64,000 bases of DNA from Monocercomonoides exilis PA203. Its lineage: Eukaryota > Protista > Preaxostyla. The stretch spans positions 372,001 through 436,000 of the forward strand of contig LSRY02000016.1 in NCBI GenBank assembly GCA_001643675.2, given 5' to 3'. Shown in pieces: positions 48,578 to 60,408 of the stretch. Both the position numbers and the translations under genes were made by a program. Position 1 is the first letter of the stretch; each line of letters begins with the position of its first letter. The notes under the pieces are model-generated. The model was given only the letters and a program-made list of their open reading frames with translations. It had not been told where the DNA came from and searched no databases.

Positions 48578-51500
48578 TCAAGAAATGACAAATTTATCGA
48601 GGTTATATGACTGCGAAGATACATACGAGCCCTCAACTTTTTGTAAGTTTTGTACTAATAATTCTTCAATGCTTTCTTGTTCTCTTTCAGCAAAAGAAGC
48701 TGAAACTGTCCATGATCCTTTAAGCCATTTGGATAACGATTGAATGAAATAAATCGAAGACGAAAGCTTCATTAAATAAGTTGCTGTGGAAGATGATGGT
48801 AATAGCGTAGCTAAGATTTGACGGAGAAAAGAAAGATCAAACTGAAGCTGCGAAAGCCCAGCTTCTGTTGCAATAGAAGCATTGCTCAACTTTGTTTCTT
48901 CAGCATCAGGAGATGCATGATGAATAACATTAAAAAGTGGAAGAGGAAGTAAGGATGATGAAGATATTTGCTGGTGCACGATAATGTCGGACAGGGAATC
49001 AAGAAGCCTTTCAGCTTCAGAAAGAACCAAAAGAGTAGAAGAAGTATCTTTTTCATTCAACTGTTCAAGTCCTTCGTTTCTGATCCTCTCTTCATTCTCA
49101 TCTTCAAAAGCATCTCTCATTGAGAAATATGCATCCTCCTTTTTGTTTGTCTCAATTTTTCTTTTTGAGTCGCAAATTGGGTCTTGTTGCAACAAACCTG
49201 ATGTCCAACGATTTGCTTGCATTCGATTATGAAGCAATGATCGTAAAGGATGAATGATTACATCAAATCTATCTCTCCATGTTGAATTAGATTCTTCTTC
49301 AGTTTTCTCTTTTGAACCATTGCTATACTCATAAAAGCTCTTTTCTTTGTGACCCTCTCTAGCTTCTTCATTATTCACATCACTTTCTTCTCGTTTTTCA
49401 TTGGCAATTTCTATTGTTTTCTCCTTAGTCTCACTTAAATCTTCTCTTCTTGATTTAAAATCAACCCTCTCAACCACCTCAGCCACATACAAATTATCCA
49501 AGAGTGTTTCTTCAATATGCTTTCTGGCCATTGAAATAACAATGTCCGCACATTCACAACATACAGCTTGAATAATCTGTGATTGTTCAAGAGAGAAATG
49601 TGATGTTTTGTGTAATGAACTTAAAGCAGGGTGTAATTGTATTCCAGATGCTGCAAAGTAATTTACAACATCTGTTCGTTGATCAGGTGTCATTTCAGTT
49701 TTATCATCACTCAACTCTTCAAGCAGCTTTGTGATATCTGATTCAATGACATCTTTTTGAACAACGTTGTCTGTTAGCCCTTTGGATCCCTTTTCATTTG
49801 CATCGCTTATTTGATCCTTTGAAATGCCTTCCTGTTCTTTCTCCAGACTTTGAAAGTTATCCGGTGATTGAATATCGTTTTCATCTGATTTCAAGTATTC
49901 GCCGAGTTGAGTTGGAAGGTAATACAAGTGCTCAGCGATCAAAGAAAAGGCTCTTGAAGGAAAAGTAATGCGTGTGCTAGAAGACGAGGACTGCGTGGTA
50001 TTTGAGGAGCTTAAAGAAGATGCCGATAGAGGGTTTGATGATGATGATGATATGCCGATAAAAGAAGGAGTACATTCAAATGAGCTAAACACACTCTGTA
50101 TCGAAAGCGATTCAGGGGATGTTTTAATTCTATCGTAATTGTCATCTTCATCATTATATTCCTCTTCTTCTGCCTCTTTCTTCATCCTTATTCTTGCGAT
50201 TTCTTCTTTCATTTCTCTAATACGTCTCTTTGTACTTTCTTTTCGGCTTAGTGCTTCTCCAAGTTCTGTCTCTCTTTCCTTCTCTCTTCCGCACCAGCTG
50301 CTAATCAATTGAGGAGATGCCAAATATTGACTGATCTGCTGAGTGCAGCATTGAACAACAAGAGAAAAAGAAAGAGAAGGAAGAAGATCAACTGAATAGC
50401 CAAATGAATCGTGAAGAACAACTGGAGATTCGCAGGGGTCGTGCGCATGGGGAAGAAGTGATAGAGTCTTAACAACATTCTCAGGCAAACTTGAAGAAGA
50501 AGAGCCTAAAGAGTATGAAGAAAGCGATGGAGATAGAAGCATTAAATGATTTGTGAACATGGAAAACGAGAAAGATGTGTCTATTTGGTTATCTTCGGTG
50601 AGTGGTAGAGAGCGGATGGTAGATGAAAGCTGTTGAGTTAAAGGTGATGTGGATGCTGATTGTGATGTTGACTGAGCAGAAGATGACACTGAGAAAGGCA
50701 AAGAAAGTGTGCTTTGAGAGAAGTTAGAAGAATTTATGGATTGTGAAGAATAGAAGGAAGAAGTAAATGAAAAAAGATGGTCGAAGGATGCAGAGTGATT
50801 GGCTTGTGTTGGAGGAGATAAAGAAAACATACTGAGGGGAGCGAGTGAAACGCATTGTATTTTATTGAAATGAAAGTTGTTTCCATTTGAGTCTGTTAAT
50901 GAAGGAGTGGATGATGATGGTGATGACAATGTTTGAGATATTGGACAAGTGTTAGACATCTTTTCATTGCAAGAAATGGGCATGCCATCTTTCTCTTTCC
51001 ATTCAACCAACCACTTCCACATCTGCTTCTCAAAAAGATTAATTTGGTGATAAACGCGAAACAGACACTGTGCCATTTCGATAGACAGCTGAATGCCATT
51101 CTTTCCAGAAGTCGCTGGAGACGCAGCAGATGCAGGCTCTGCTGCAATCCATCTGGGTTTGTGATTGGATGCTTGCCTTTGCTGCGAGAGAGGTTCAGAC
51201 AGCAAAGAAGAATCAGATGCAGAAGTTGATAGCGCAAATCCAAGTGACTTTGCAAAAGCGACTAACGAAGAAAACAAAATAGGAAGAAAATGGTATGCAA
51301 TAACTCGATCGTACTGGGAGAAATGGTAAAGAAGAAATGAGAGAGAGGGAGAGAGCGAAGAAGTAGATGGAGATATTGAAGAAGAAGCTGATTCCATGTG
51401 CATTGCAGAAGAAGCAGGAGATGATAATGATGATTCGATTTCCTTCTCATTCATAGCAGAAGAAGGCGAGCAAAGCTGCTTCAAAACAATCTTCTTCAGT

Positions 51501-54096
51501 CCCTCGTCTGCTTCTGCTGACTGAACTATCTCAGAAACAAAATCAGGTGGAACAGCAATCGCCTCATCGCTGTCATCGCATTCAGCTGAATTCTGATTTC
51601 TCCAATCAAATTTGGAGAAAGGCGATGAAGAAGATGAAGCATCATCCTCAGCAGTGGGCGAAAAAGTAATCAGTGAAGAAGCACTTGCAGATGAAATAGG
51701 CCTCTGTGTCGAATCGGATTTTGTTGTTAAACATGCTTTGATCGCAGAATCGACGGCTTTGTAGAGCTTTTCACTCTGTGCGAGGGATGAAAAAATAAGA
51801 GACATGAAAGTGTCAGCGAAGGAAGGAAGCATCGAAGGAGCTACAACATTCACAAAAAATGCTCCTGTTGGCAGAGAAGAGCGAAGAGAGCTTAGAAGAT
51901 ACTGTTGATGAAGCGCTGGCAGGGCAATGAGAGGATAAAGCGAGTGGAGCACAAAATAAAGCAGGACAATGGCTTTCTGAATGGTTTGTTGTTTCTCTCC
52001 TGGTTGTTTTGACTGCAATTCATGTGAATCAGAATTAGCTGAAGAAGTCGGAGCATCAAATGTTGGAGAAGACGAAGGCGACGGAAGAAATGCGGCTGTC
52101 GAGAAAGGCGAAGCGATGTGATGATCGTCAGAACTGGTTCTGTGAAGTGCATCACCTGAAGAAAGAGAAGAAGAAGAAGAAGAAGAAGAAGAAGTTAAAG
52201 AAGAAGAAGTGGATGATGATGACGATGATGATGATTCAAAAGCAGAGGAAAGAGAAAGAGAATAATCCAAAAGTAGATGTAGCGCCAAGTGCAAAAGCTG
52301 AACAGGGCAAAGAAGGATGTCGCGTGACAGTGTCATTTGAGAGCTGTCAACAGAAGACGGTGAAGAAGATAAGGCAGAAGCAAAAGGAATGAAGCTTGAA
52401 ATTATTTGTATGTTGTCTGCAGTTGAAGAGGCTGAATAAAGCCGTGATTGCAAAGAAGATGATGAAGGGGAAAGTGAAGACGCGGAAGAAGATGACGCTG
52501 TTGTTAAAAGATTTACAATTCGCTGGAAAAGAGCAGAAGGCAGTGAAAATGCTGGTGTTAAAGCAGAAGAATAAGCGCTTGCAGTGACGTCCAGCAGGAG
52601 CTGAGAAGGAGACGGTGTGAGAGAAGAAAGAATGACAAGAAGGCAGCGCAATGGCAGGCACAGTGGCATCGTTCCATTTGTACTGCAATGAAAATCTGAT
52701 GAAGCGGAAAGTGAAGTGGATGAAGATGGCATTGGAGTAATCAGCTGACTTAGCTGAGGAGGAAGAAGAGTCGCAAAAAGGGAGTTGAGATACTCCAACG
52801 TTGGCTTCAAGGAATCGAAGCACGAAGTCAGACAAAGAAGGAAGTTGGATGGACACTGTGGAAGACAAAAAGAGACAGAAGAGGAAGCAGGCAAAGGCAA
52901 GTCAGCACTCAAAGGTGAAGCGCGATGTCCGCAAATGCTAACTAATGTGCATGAAACAGGACTGAACTTCTGTCCTTCTTTATGCATCGCTGAGGCGTCG
53001 TTCTCTTTTTGAGAATGTCTGTTTCTGAGTCTGGTCATTCGAATCAAATTGTTTGTTTGCGTTCCAATCTGGTCTGTTCCGCCTCTTTGGCTGTCTTCAT
53101 TCAAAGTAATCATAAGCTTTTCTCTAGAAAAGACACTGGTATCTTTGTAATTAACTTCTTTCTCTTCTTCCTTTTCTTTTTTCAGTATCCACCGTCTTTC
53201 GCTCTTTCCAATTTCGCTCTTCCACATTCCAAGAATCCCATTGTTGGCGCATGCACCAATGACCCGAATAATAATGTCTCCTCGTCCAAGAAGCAAATAC
53301 AGCTGTGTCAAATCTCTCAATTCAGTCAACACAGGTTTCGAAGAAACACTTGTTTTTGATAGTTGATACTGAATGAAATTCATGTATGCAGTAACTGCAT
53401 CATTCACTTTTGCTTTCATCTTTCCATCAAGTCGAAATAAAAAGTTAGTCAATTTTTCACTGGGAGCTTTATCTTTCATTTGAATTGGAAGATGCTTTGA
53501 AGTCGTTTGGGATTTATGTGAGTTTGTGAATGATGGAACTTGAGTCAATAAAATGTGAGTCTGTGCAATTTCGAGAAGACATTTAGCTATCTGTGTTAAT
53601 TTTAATAAAAAAAGTAAATGAAATCCATGATAACCTTAAACTAAAATTAGAGGAAAAGATATTACCTTTGTATAATCATTTGAAAGAAAGGCTATTTCAA
53701 AAGATTGACAAAGTTCTTTCCATCTTTTAAACTGAAGAACGATTCCAACTGAATTTGAAAGCTTACAAAGCAATTAATGATTAACAATAAAGAAATTTTT
53801 GCATTATTCATTAGTAAGCAAACGTTTGTTCTCAATTGATAAAGAGGTAATATTGATGAAAGAGTCTTCGACGACTGGCGTCGAATCTCTGAAATTTCAT
53901 TTCTAACGCATTCAGAAGTGGACGTTAGATTTTTGCTTTGACTGCAGAGCTCAATTGTTCGAGAAGATATTTCAGGTTGAATAATGTCAAGTTCTTTCAT
54001 TTTTTGAATACATTCTTCGAATTGAAGTCTAAATTGTTTTTGTAGTTCATCCATTTTAATAGAAGGACCACTCTGCAATTCTACTTCATCGGACAT
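48578..54096 (-). CDS. COG7: Conserved oligomeric Golgi complex subunit 7-like, with long Ser-rich insertions; 3 exons
   Basis: Spliced N-terminus ...LRTN-LSNSVGIVLQFKRWKELCQSFEIAFLSNDYTK-IAKCLLEIAQTHILLTQVPSF parallels the COG7 N-terminal coiled coil with its conserved W. C-terminal FPSRAFSLIAEHLYYLPTQLGEY and GLSQLQFDLSFLRQILATL resemble COG7 motifs. Confidence 0.7.
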
Positions 54097-54927
54097 AATG
54101 ATTTTGACAAAATATTTTTTTATTACTTTTTCATTTTTTCTTTTTTCGTATTGTTTTTTGCTTTATTGTTGTCTTGACATATTTGTCATTTTGTCAAATT
54201 TTCGACTTTGGTTTTCCATTTTCAAAAAAATATTATATATCAAGATAAAAAATTAAACAACGAAAAAATCCTTAAAGAAAGAGTCAAAATTGAAGAAAGC
54301 CAATAAGCTTGCGTGCACTTTATTGTTGTAATAATAATATGATATTTGTTAACATGAAGCATGAAAATAACTCAAAATGCGTCAAGAAGTTCAAGTGAAG
54401 ATAAAAACATTTAGTTAAAATTTTCGGTTGATGTTCAGGAAAACCCTATTATGTCATATGAATTTAATCCTCCTTTCCATGAAACATTCATTTAAATCTG
54501 ATGTTCCAAAATGTTTTTCTTTTTTAATAAAAAAATAGCAAAATTATTCAAAAAGCTTCTGAGAATTATAGTTTTCAATAAACAAGCGCAAAAAAATATC
54601 ACTTATAGTTCAAATCTGCAGTGGAGCAAAAACATTTGCAAATTTACTGTATTTGTAAAAGCAAAATGCATTTTGAATTACAAGTTGTTATTTTGGGCTT
54701 CGATTAAACGGCAAGCAAGGGTTAAATTTCCACATTGCCCAAAAAGGATGTTCAAAATAAAATAAAAATTATAATTACTTAATAACAATAAACACAAAGC
54801 GAACAAATCATTCGAAAAATCACATAACCTAAAAAAATTCTAAATAAAAGTATGTGAAAGAATAAAGAGGTTAAAACGAATTGTATTTTCTGAAGTAATA
54901 AAGCCATTTGCAAAAACTGATTCGGCT

Positions 54928-55527
54928 TTACTCCTTCTTTTCTTCAGATGCAACATCAACTCCTTTTTCAGCAAGTTTGTCTGGAGCAGGACGTTTCTCC
55001 AAGTTTCTTTTAAGTTGATCTATTTAAAAAAACACTGTTAACATATTCTTTAATTAATATTTTATGAACCTTGTGTCATCTTCATTTTGAGTGTATCAGC
55101 CTTAGCTTGTTGATCAGCAGGTCCAGTTCCATGCAGAATACCTAAATTTAAAGGAAATTATTAAAAAATATTCTTTCTTTGATTGTTTGTTAAAAAAACC
55201 TTTTTCAAGGAGTTCGTCCTTATCAGAACGATCTTTCAGTCCTGATGCAAGATCTTTCTTTATTTTCTCAATTTTAAGAAGTTCTGCTTGAGCAGCAAAT
55301 TGAGGTGCAACATGATCTTTCAAAATGTCTAAAATTGAAAAATTTACGGAAAATAAAATGTTGTTACATTAATTAGCAATGAAAATGCATCAAATTTTCA
55401 AACTTCTGCCGACTAAATCAGCTTTATCTTCTCTATGCAAAAGTTCTTTTTGCAGTGTTTCAGCTGCTTGTTTTTTATCAATTTCAGTTACAATTGTGCT
55501 TTTTGGAATTTCTTGTGCTTCGCTCAT
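54928..55527 (-). CDS. Small RPEL-repeat (G-actin-binding) protein, 3 repeats, 4 exons
   Basis: Spliced protein contains LQKELLHREDKADLVGRNILK, LASGLKDRSDKDELLEKGILH and LKRNLEKRPAPDKLAEKGV, matching LxxxLxxRPxxxELxxxxIL; ATG 55527, TAA 54928. Confidence 0.8.
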
Positions 55528-55879
55528 ATCTTTAATACAAATAATGCTTCGTCCCTTAAATAGATAATGAAAAAATAAATAAATTATGACATAACTCTTA
55601 CATAATTCTTAACTTTATAAATACTGTGTAAATAACAATGTTTTTTAATAAGAATCCAATTTTTTTTAAACATTGATAAAAATATTCATCTTTCATAAAT
55701 AAAAAAAAAATTATTTTTTCTTTGGAAAATATTCAAACAATGACATTTTGATATTCAGATTTAATTTTTTATGTTATCATAAATATCAAAAAAAATCTTT
55801 TGGTTATCATTTCAACTTATTGCACTAACTTCAGAATTAGTTTTTGTTATGTAATGACACAGAAACACCATAAATAATT

Positions 55880-56545
55880 CAAATTTGAAAAACATATTAC
55901 AGATATCGCATAAAATACAGGAAATCGCATAAAATACCTGACAAGATCGATTTCACAACAACGGCAATAGGAATAATTCTGATAATTTTCCTCAAAATAA
56001 ATATCATCAATACAAACTTTTTTGATAAACAAAACTTTCAAAATAGCATCATTTGTGCTCAGAGAAGAATTTTTTTAAAATCTCGGAGAAGTTGGATTAT
56101 GAGTTTCTCCGAAATTAAAAAGTTGGGTGATTATTTTTGAAATTATAACTTTTTTCTATGTGTTGATGATTCAATGATTGTTTGAAGTTGGGAGGAGATT
56201 TTGAATTCAAATGCAAAAACTATTATCATTGTGTCAAAAGCAAATGTTTTTGTTAAAATAAAGATGAAGTTTGTCTTAGACTTACCATTTCACTTTTTTT
56301 TGTGTTCATTTATTAATATTTAAGGGAAATTTATAAACCGAAAATTATGAATGAAAAAATATGATTTCAAAAATAATCACCCAGTTATTTTTTTTCTGAG
56401 CACGAATGAGTTTGTATTGATGAGATATTTTTTGATGAAAATTTTCGAAATTATTCCTCTTGTAGTTATTGAGAAATCGATCTTGTCCGGTATTTTGTCC
56501 GATGTCCTGTATTTCTAGCGATATCTGTATTCAAATTTAATGAAT
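55880..56545. repeat. Foldback (long inverted repeat) element enclosing MITE copy 1
   Basis: Left arm TACAGATATCGC..AAATACAGGA..GACAAGATCGATTTC..TCATCAATACAAAC..GTGCTCAGA (55880-56070) is the reverse complement of 56385-56545. Confidence 0.8.
56125..56382 (+). mobile_element. MITE copy 1 (258 bp), TIR GGGTGATTATTTTTGAAAT, 4-bp TSD AGTT
   Basis: TIRs at both ends; AGTT at 56121-56124 and 56383-56386; interior alignable to copies 2 and 3. Confidence 0.8.
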
Positions 56546-56635
56546 TTAAGTGTTGTTGAGCAAAATAATTTTTGTGAAAAATTGATCACTGTCTGATTGT
56601 TGGAAAGTTATTTAAATGTTTTCTTTTTTTGATAT

Positions 56636-56891
56636 GGGTGATTATTTTTGAAATCATATTTTTTAAACAAACATTTCGGTTCGAAAACTTCACTTGAAAA
56701 TCAACAAAAGAATCCTGAAAAGTGAAAAAGCTTTTTTTAAAGGAATTTGTATCTTTATTTGAGCTTAAACATTTGTTTTGATAGCAGTTGTGATAATTCA
56801 ACAATTCAAACACAAAGTCTCTTCCCAATGAAAAACAACGTTTGAAAAATCAACACACCGAAAAAAGTTGTGATTTCAAAAATAATCACCC
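56636..56891 (-). mobile_element. MITE copy 2 (256 bp), inverted relative to copies 1 and 3, flanked by ATAT
   Basis: GGGTGATTATTTTTGAAATCA...TGATTTCAAAAATAATCACCC with ATAT on both sides. Confidence 0.8.
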
Positions 56892-57344
56892 ATATTTTTT
56901 AAAAGGATAAAATATTGTATCTCTTTTGATGTGACATATCAATTGACATGAAAATTTCCACTTTCTCAGAAAAAAAATTCATCCTTGAAATCAAACAATT
57001 ATCACAAGATTTCGTATTCTCTTGTTTCATTTTGGACTTTTCATTAAAGATTAATTGATTGCACTAATTCAAGGTGTTGAATTCAAATGTTTATCTCATA
57101 TAATAATATATATTTATGAATATTTGGAAAACTTTATTTGTTTTTGTCGTTCATCTAAATAAGTTGCAACACAAATAACTTATTTCAATGAAATAGTTAA
57201 AATCATAAAATATGAGATGAATTCGTTTGAAAACTATCCGATTTCTATCATGAAGATTTTATTTTCATAAAAAAGTGGAATTTTTCATGTCAATTGATAA
57301 ATCACATCAAAAAAGATTCAATATTTTATCCTTTTTTGGAATAT

Positions 57345-57599
57345 GGGTGATTATTTTTGAAATCATATCTTTTTTCTAGTTGTTGGTTTTTCGAAGTTTG
57401 TTTGTCACTGACAAATGATTTTGAATTCAAATGAGAAAATCATTATTCCAGTTTCAAAAACAAAACTTTTGGCTTTTGCAATTAAAAACATTTCTTAGAC
57501 AAGCCTGTTCACTTTTCAGTGTTTGTTTACTGATATTCAATACAAATTTTTGTACCGAAAATTATGAATGAAATAATTTTCTTTCAAAAATGATCACCC
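57345..57599 (+). mobile_element. MITE copy 3 (255 bp), flanked by ATAT
   Basis: Same TIRs (one slightly degenerate); shares ACCGAAAATTATGAATGAAA and GATTTTGAATTCAAATG with copy 1. Confidence 0.8.
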
Positions 57600-57819
57600 A
57601 TATCAAAAAAAGAAAATATTAAAATCACTTTCCAACAATCAGACAGTGACCAATTATTTACAAAAAAATATTCAATAAAAAAATACTCCAAAAGATCAAT
57701 TTTGAATAGAAAGTTATATATCTGTGAGATAACATGAAATACTTGGTAATCCACATTTTTTCTTGAATATATTATTAAAAATGAGAAAATAAATATAAAT
57801 AATAAATTAAAATTTCTTC

Positions 57820-58063
57820 ATGTCTAAATTATTTTGAAAAGTTCCTTTTGTTTATTTTTCAAATAAAATAAAAATTTCATATTTTTATCAAATAACAGTT
57901 CCAACTCACGTAACTTTTCACAAAGGGAAATAATTATGTTGATTGGGCTCTGTTTCCATTTTAATGAAGTTTCGTGAGTGAAAACAGAAATTTGATCGAT
58001 ATAGGAAATTTTTGTTCTATATGAAAATTAAACAAAAGGAACTTTTCAAAAAAATTTAGACAT
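57820..58063. repeat. 244-bp foldback/MITE-like palindrome
   Basis: ATGTCTAAATTATTTTGAAAAGTTCCTTTTGTTTA pairs with TAAACAAAAGGAACTTTTCAAAAAAATTTAGACAT; inner CTCACG/CGTGAG. Confidence 0.8.
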
Positions 58064-58811
58064 TAAAAAAAAAATGCATGTGAAAATTGGCTTTCAGTTG
58101 GTTGAAAAATTGATCAGTTTGAAAAAAAGGAATGAAGAAGGATTTTTTGTTGGAGACGAATCATTTTTCAATAAAAGATATAATTCGGATAACGAATTAA
58201 GAAAAGCGAAGTCTGAAGCATCCACTATTGCGAATTACACATTTTCTAATAAGAAATTCATGTTCATAATTTTCCTTTCGGTTCATGTGTTGTTTTTTCC
58301 AACTTTCAACCAGAAAAATTTTATATAAATTCTGAATATTTTGGTAAAACATTTAAAAAATTCATATACAAAAACCGCGTAAGATATCTTTTGTTTCACG
58401 AGTGGAATTTTTCATTCATTTTGAAACTACTCGTCCTAACACTGCTTTTGTCTCAAAGAATTTTGCAGAAGAGAATCACTTGAATATTTTCCCACATCTG
58501 CCATTCTTCCATGATGTTACACCATAACATTTTTTCCTTTTCGGTTTCATTAAGCAGAGTTAGAAAGGCAAAAGCATTTCTAATTCAGACGAATTACAAA
58601 TAGAAATGAGAAAAATTCTTCAATCAATATTTTCCGAAATGATAATTCGAGTCACAAATATTTGGATTAGGTAATTTCTATATATTAAGACACAAAATTT
58701 CGATTATTTTTATTAATGATTAATCTTTTTTCTCATAATATTTTATTCCATATTTTATTATTTTTTCTACACCTTTGTGACATGACAAATCACTTGAAGC
58801 CTCGTCTGTAA

Positions 58812-58812
<1 letters not shown>

Positions 58813-58854
<42 letters not shown>
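58813..58854. repeat. Poly(A) tract (~42 nt); similar long mononucleotide runs at 2166-2183 (C), 29200-29230 (A) and 38141-38176 (T)
   Basis: Direct reading. Confidence 0.9.
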
Positions 58855-58856
<2 letters not shown>

Positions 58857-59036
58857 ACTGACGTGAACAGAAATCACTGACGTTCGTGACAACAAAAATA
58901 ACTGTGCGTCACTCAGGTTTCCAACATCCATTTGTTTTTTGTATTTGGTGTTTGTTATTTAATAACATTTTTGAAAACAAATATTTCAAAGAAAAGAATA
59001 AGCCATAATAATAAATAAAAGAAGAGTTTTTTTTTA

Positions 59037-59901
59037 ATGAGTGAAATATGTCCAAAATGCAGTAAAAGAGTATACCAAGGTAGAAAATTTTCTTGTTATT
59101 TGATATATAATATATGTTAAACCAGCTGAATGGATTCTTGGCTTGGGAAAACATTGGCATAGGTTTGCAATATGTTTTTTTATTTTGAATTCATTTTTCA
59201 TTTGAATTAGACGATGCTTAACTTGCAAAAATTGTCAGAAAATCTTAATAACAAGCGAAATTGTTGAACATGGAGGGGAGCCATTCTGCAACGTTTGAGA
59301 AAAATTATTAGAAGGATGAATTGTCCATTTTATTTCAAACATTTTCAAATCCTTATATTAGAATTGCTATTCAAAACTATTTGGTGGACCTGGAGTTGGA
59401 CGAGGAAGGACATCTTATGCAGATCAACCTGCAGTGAAAGCTGAAGTTGATCGCTGTGGTCCACCTGTAAATTCTTCAACTCCTAACAGCTCTTCTGTTG
59501 AATCAAGTCCTTCAACTTCTTCTTCTCCATCATCATCATTATCATCGAAACCTTCTGACTCGTTATCACCTTGCCCAAAAAGTTCATCAACTCCTTCAAC
59601 ACCACCTTCACCTGCCCCGAAACCAAAAACATCCCCCAAGCCAACAACATTGGCTGGTCTGGCAGCTGGACCAGATAAATGCCCAACTTGCAAAAAAACA
59701 GTATATCCTGCGGAGGCACTTTCTGCACTTGGAAAGAAGTATCATCGCCTTTGTTTTAAATGTGTAAAGTGCGGAACAACTTTAGCATTAGGTCGACAGA
59801 TTGAACATGACAACGAGCCTTATTGCGAAAAATGTCACAATCAATATTTTCGAATTGCAGGATACGGCGGTGGAGCGAATTTGACCTCATATGCTGACTA
59901 A
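59037..59901 (+). CDS. Two-LIM-domain cysteine/glycine-rich protein (CRP/CSRP-like); 4 exons
   Basis: Introns 59080-59125, 59163-59210 and 59293-59361 give LIM1 [31 protein letters not shown]...EPFCNNCYSKLFGGPGVG. LIM2 is CPTCKKTVYPAE...YHRLCFKCVKC...PYCEKCH followed by a Gly-rich tail; Ser/Pro linker between. Confidence 0.9.
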
Positions 59902-60408
59902 TGCAAAAATAAGTACATGAATCAAATGAAAAAAAAAATAATTTTTGTTGCACTCAGAAACAAATTGTAATTTGTATTTCGAATTTGATAGCATCATTTA
60001 ATAATATTTGCAAGCATATTATTCTCATTCGATTGTGTTTAAATTTTCAGTTCATTTTTCCCCCTGAATAATCTTAAGGACTTATTCCAACATTTTTCAA
60101 TTTTCAAAACAAAAAAGATTGAATATTCTTCAACATAAAAGTTCAGATACAAAGAAAAACATAAAAACATTTCATTTACACAATTTCAAATCTCAAATAC
60201 TCCGAAATACTTCATGCAACAAACAATCACATCTATTGATCACAACAAATTTCAGTGAGAATTTCGAAATTTCACAAGTCATAATAATAATTATAATCAA
60301 AAAAAAATCATATTTTCTCTAAGTGATCATTCATTTATCAAAAAGAAAAAAATATTTTGTTCAATTCAAAGAATGTAACATTCGATCAATCAATTTTTTT
60401 AAATTTAT

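Larger units (their letters stand above)
56565..57670. repeat. ~1.1-kb imperfect palindrome centred near 57110 whose arms carry MITE copies 2 and 3
   Basis: TCACTGTCTGATTGTTGGAAAGT (56586) vs ACTTTCCAACAATCAGACAGTGA (57627); ATCAATTGACATGAAAA (56938) vs TTTTCATGTCAATTGAT (57282). Confidence 0.85.

Noticed and set aside
53692-54096. Stand-alone 134-aa ORF
   Set aside because: It is exon 1 of the COG7-like gene reading into an intron; splicing joins it to 48578-53548.
56121-57603. Regularly spaced GGGTGATTATTTTTGAAAT motif as a CRISPR-like array
   Set aside because: Motifs alternate in orientation, intervening sequences are ~215-450 bp and partly homologous to each other, and there are no cas genes; it fits TIR elements.
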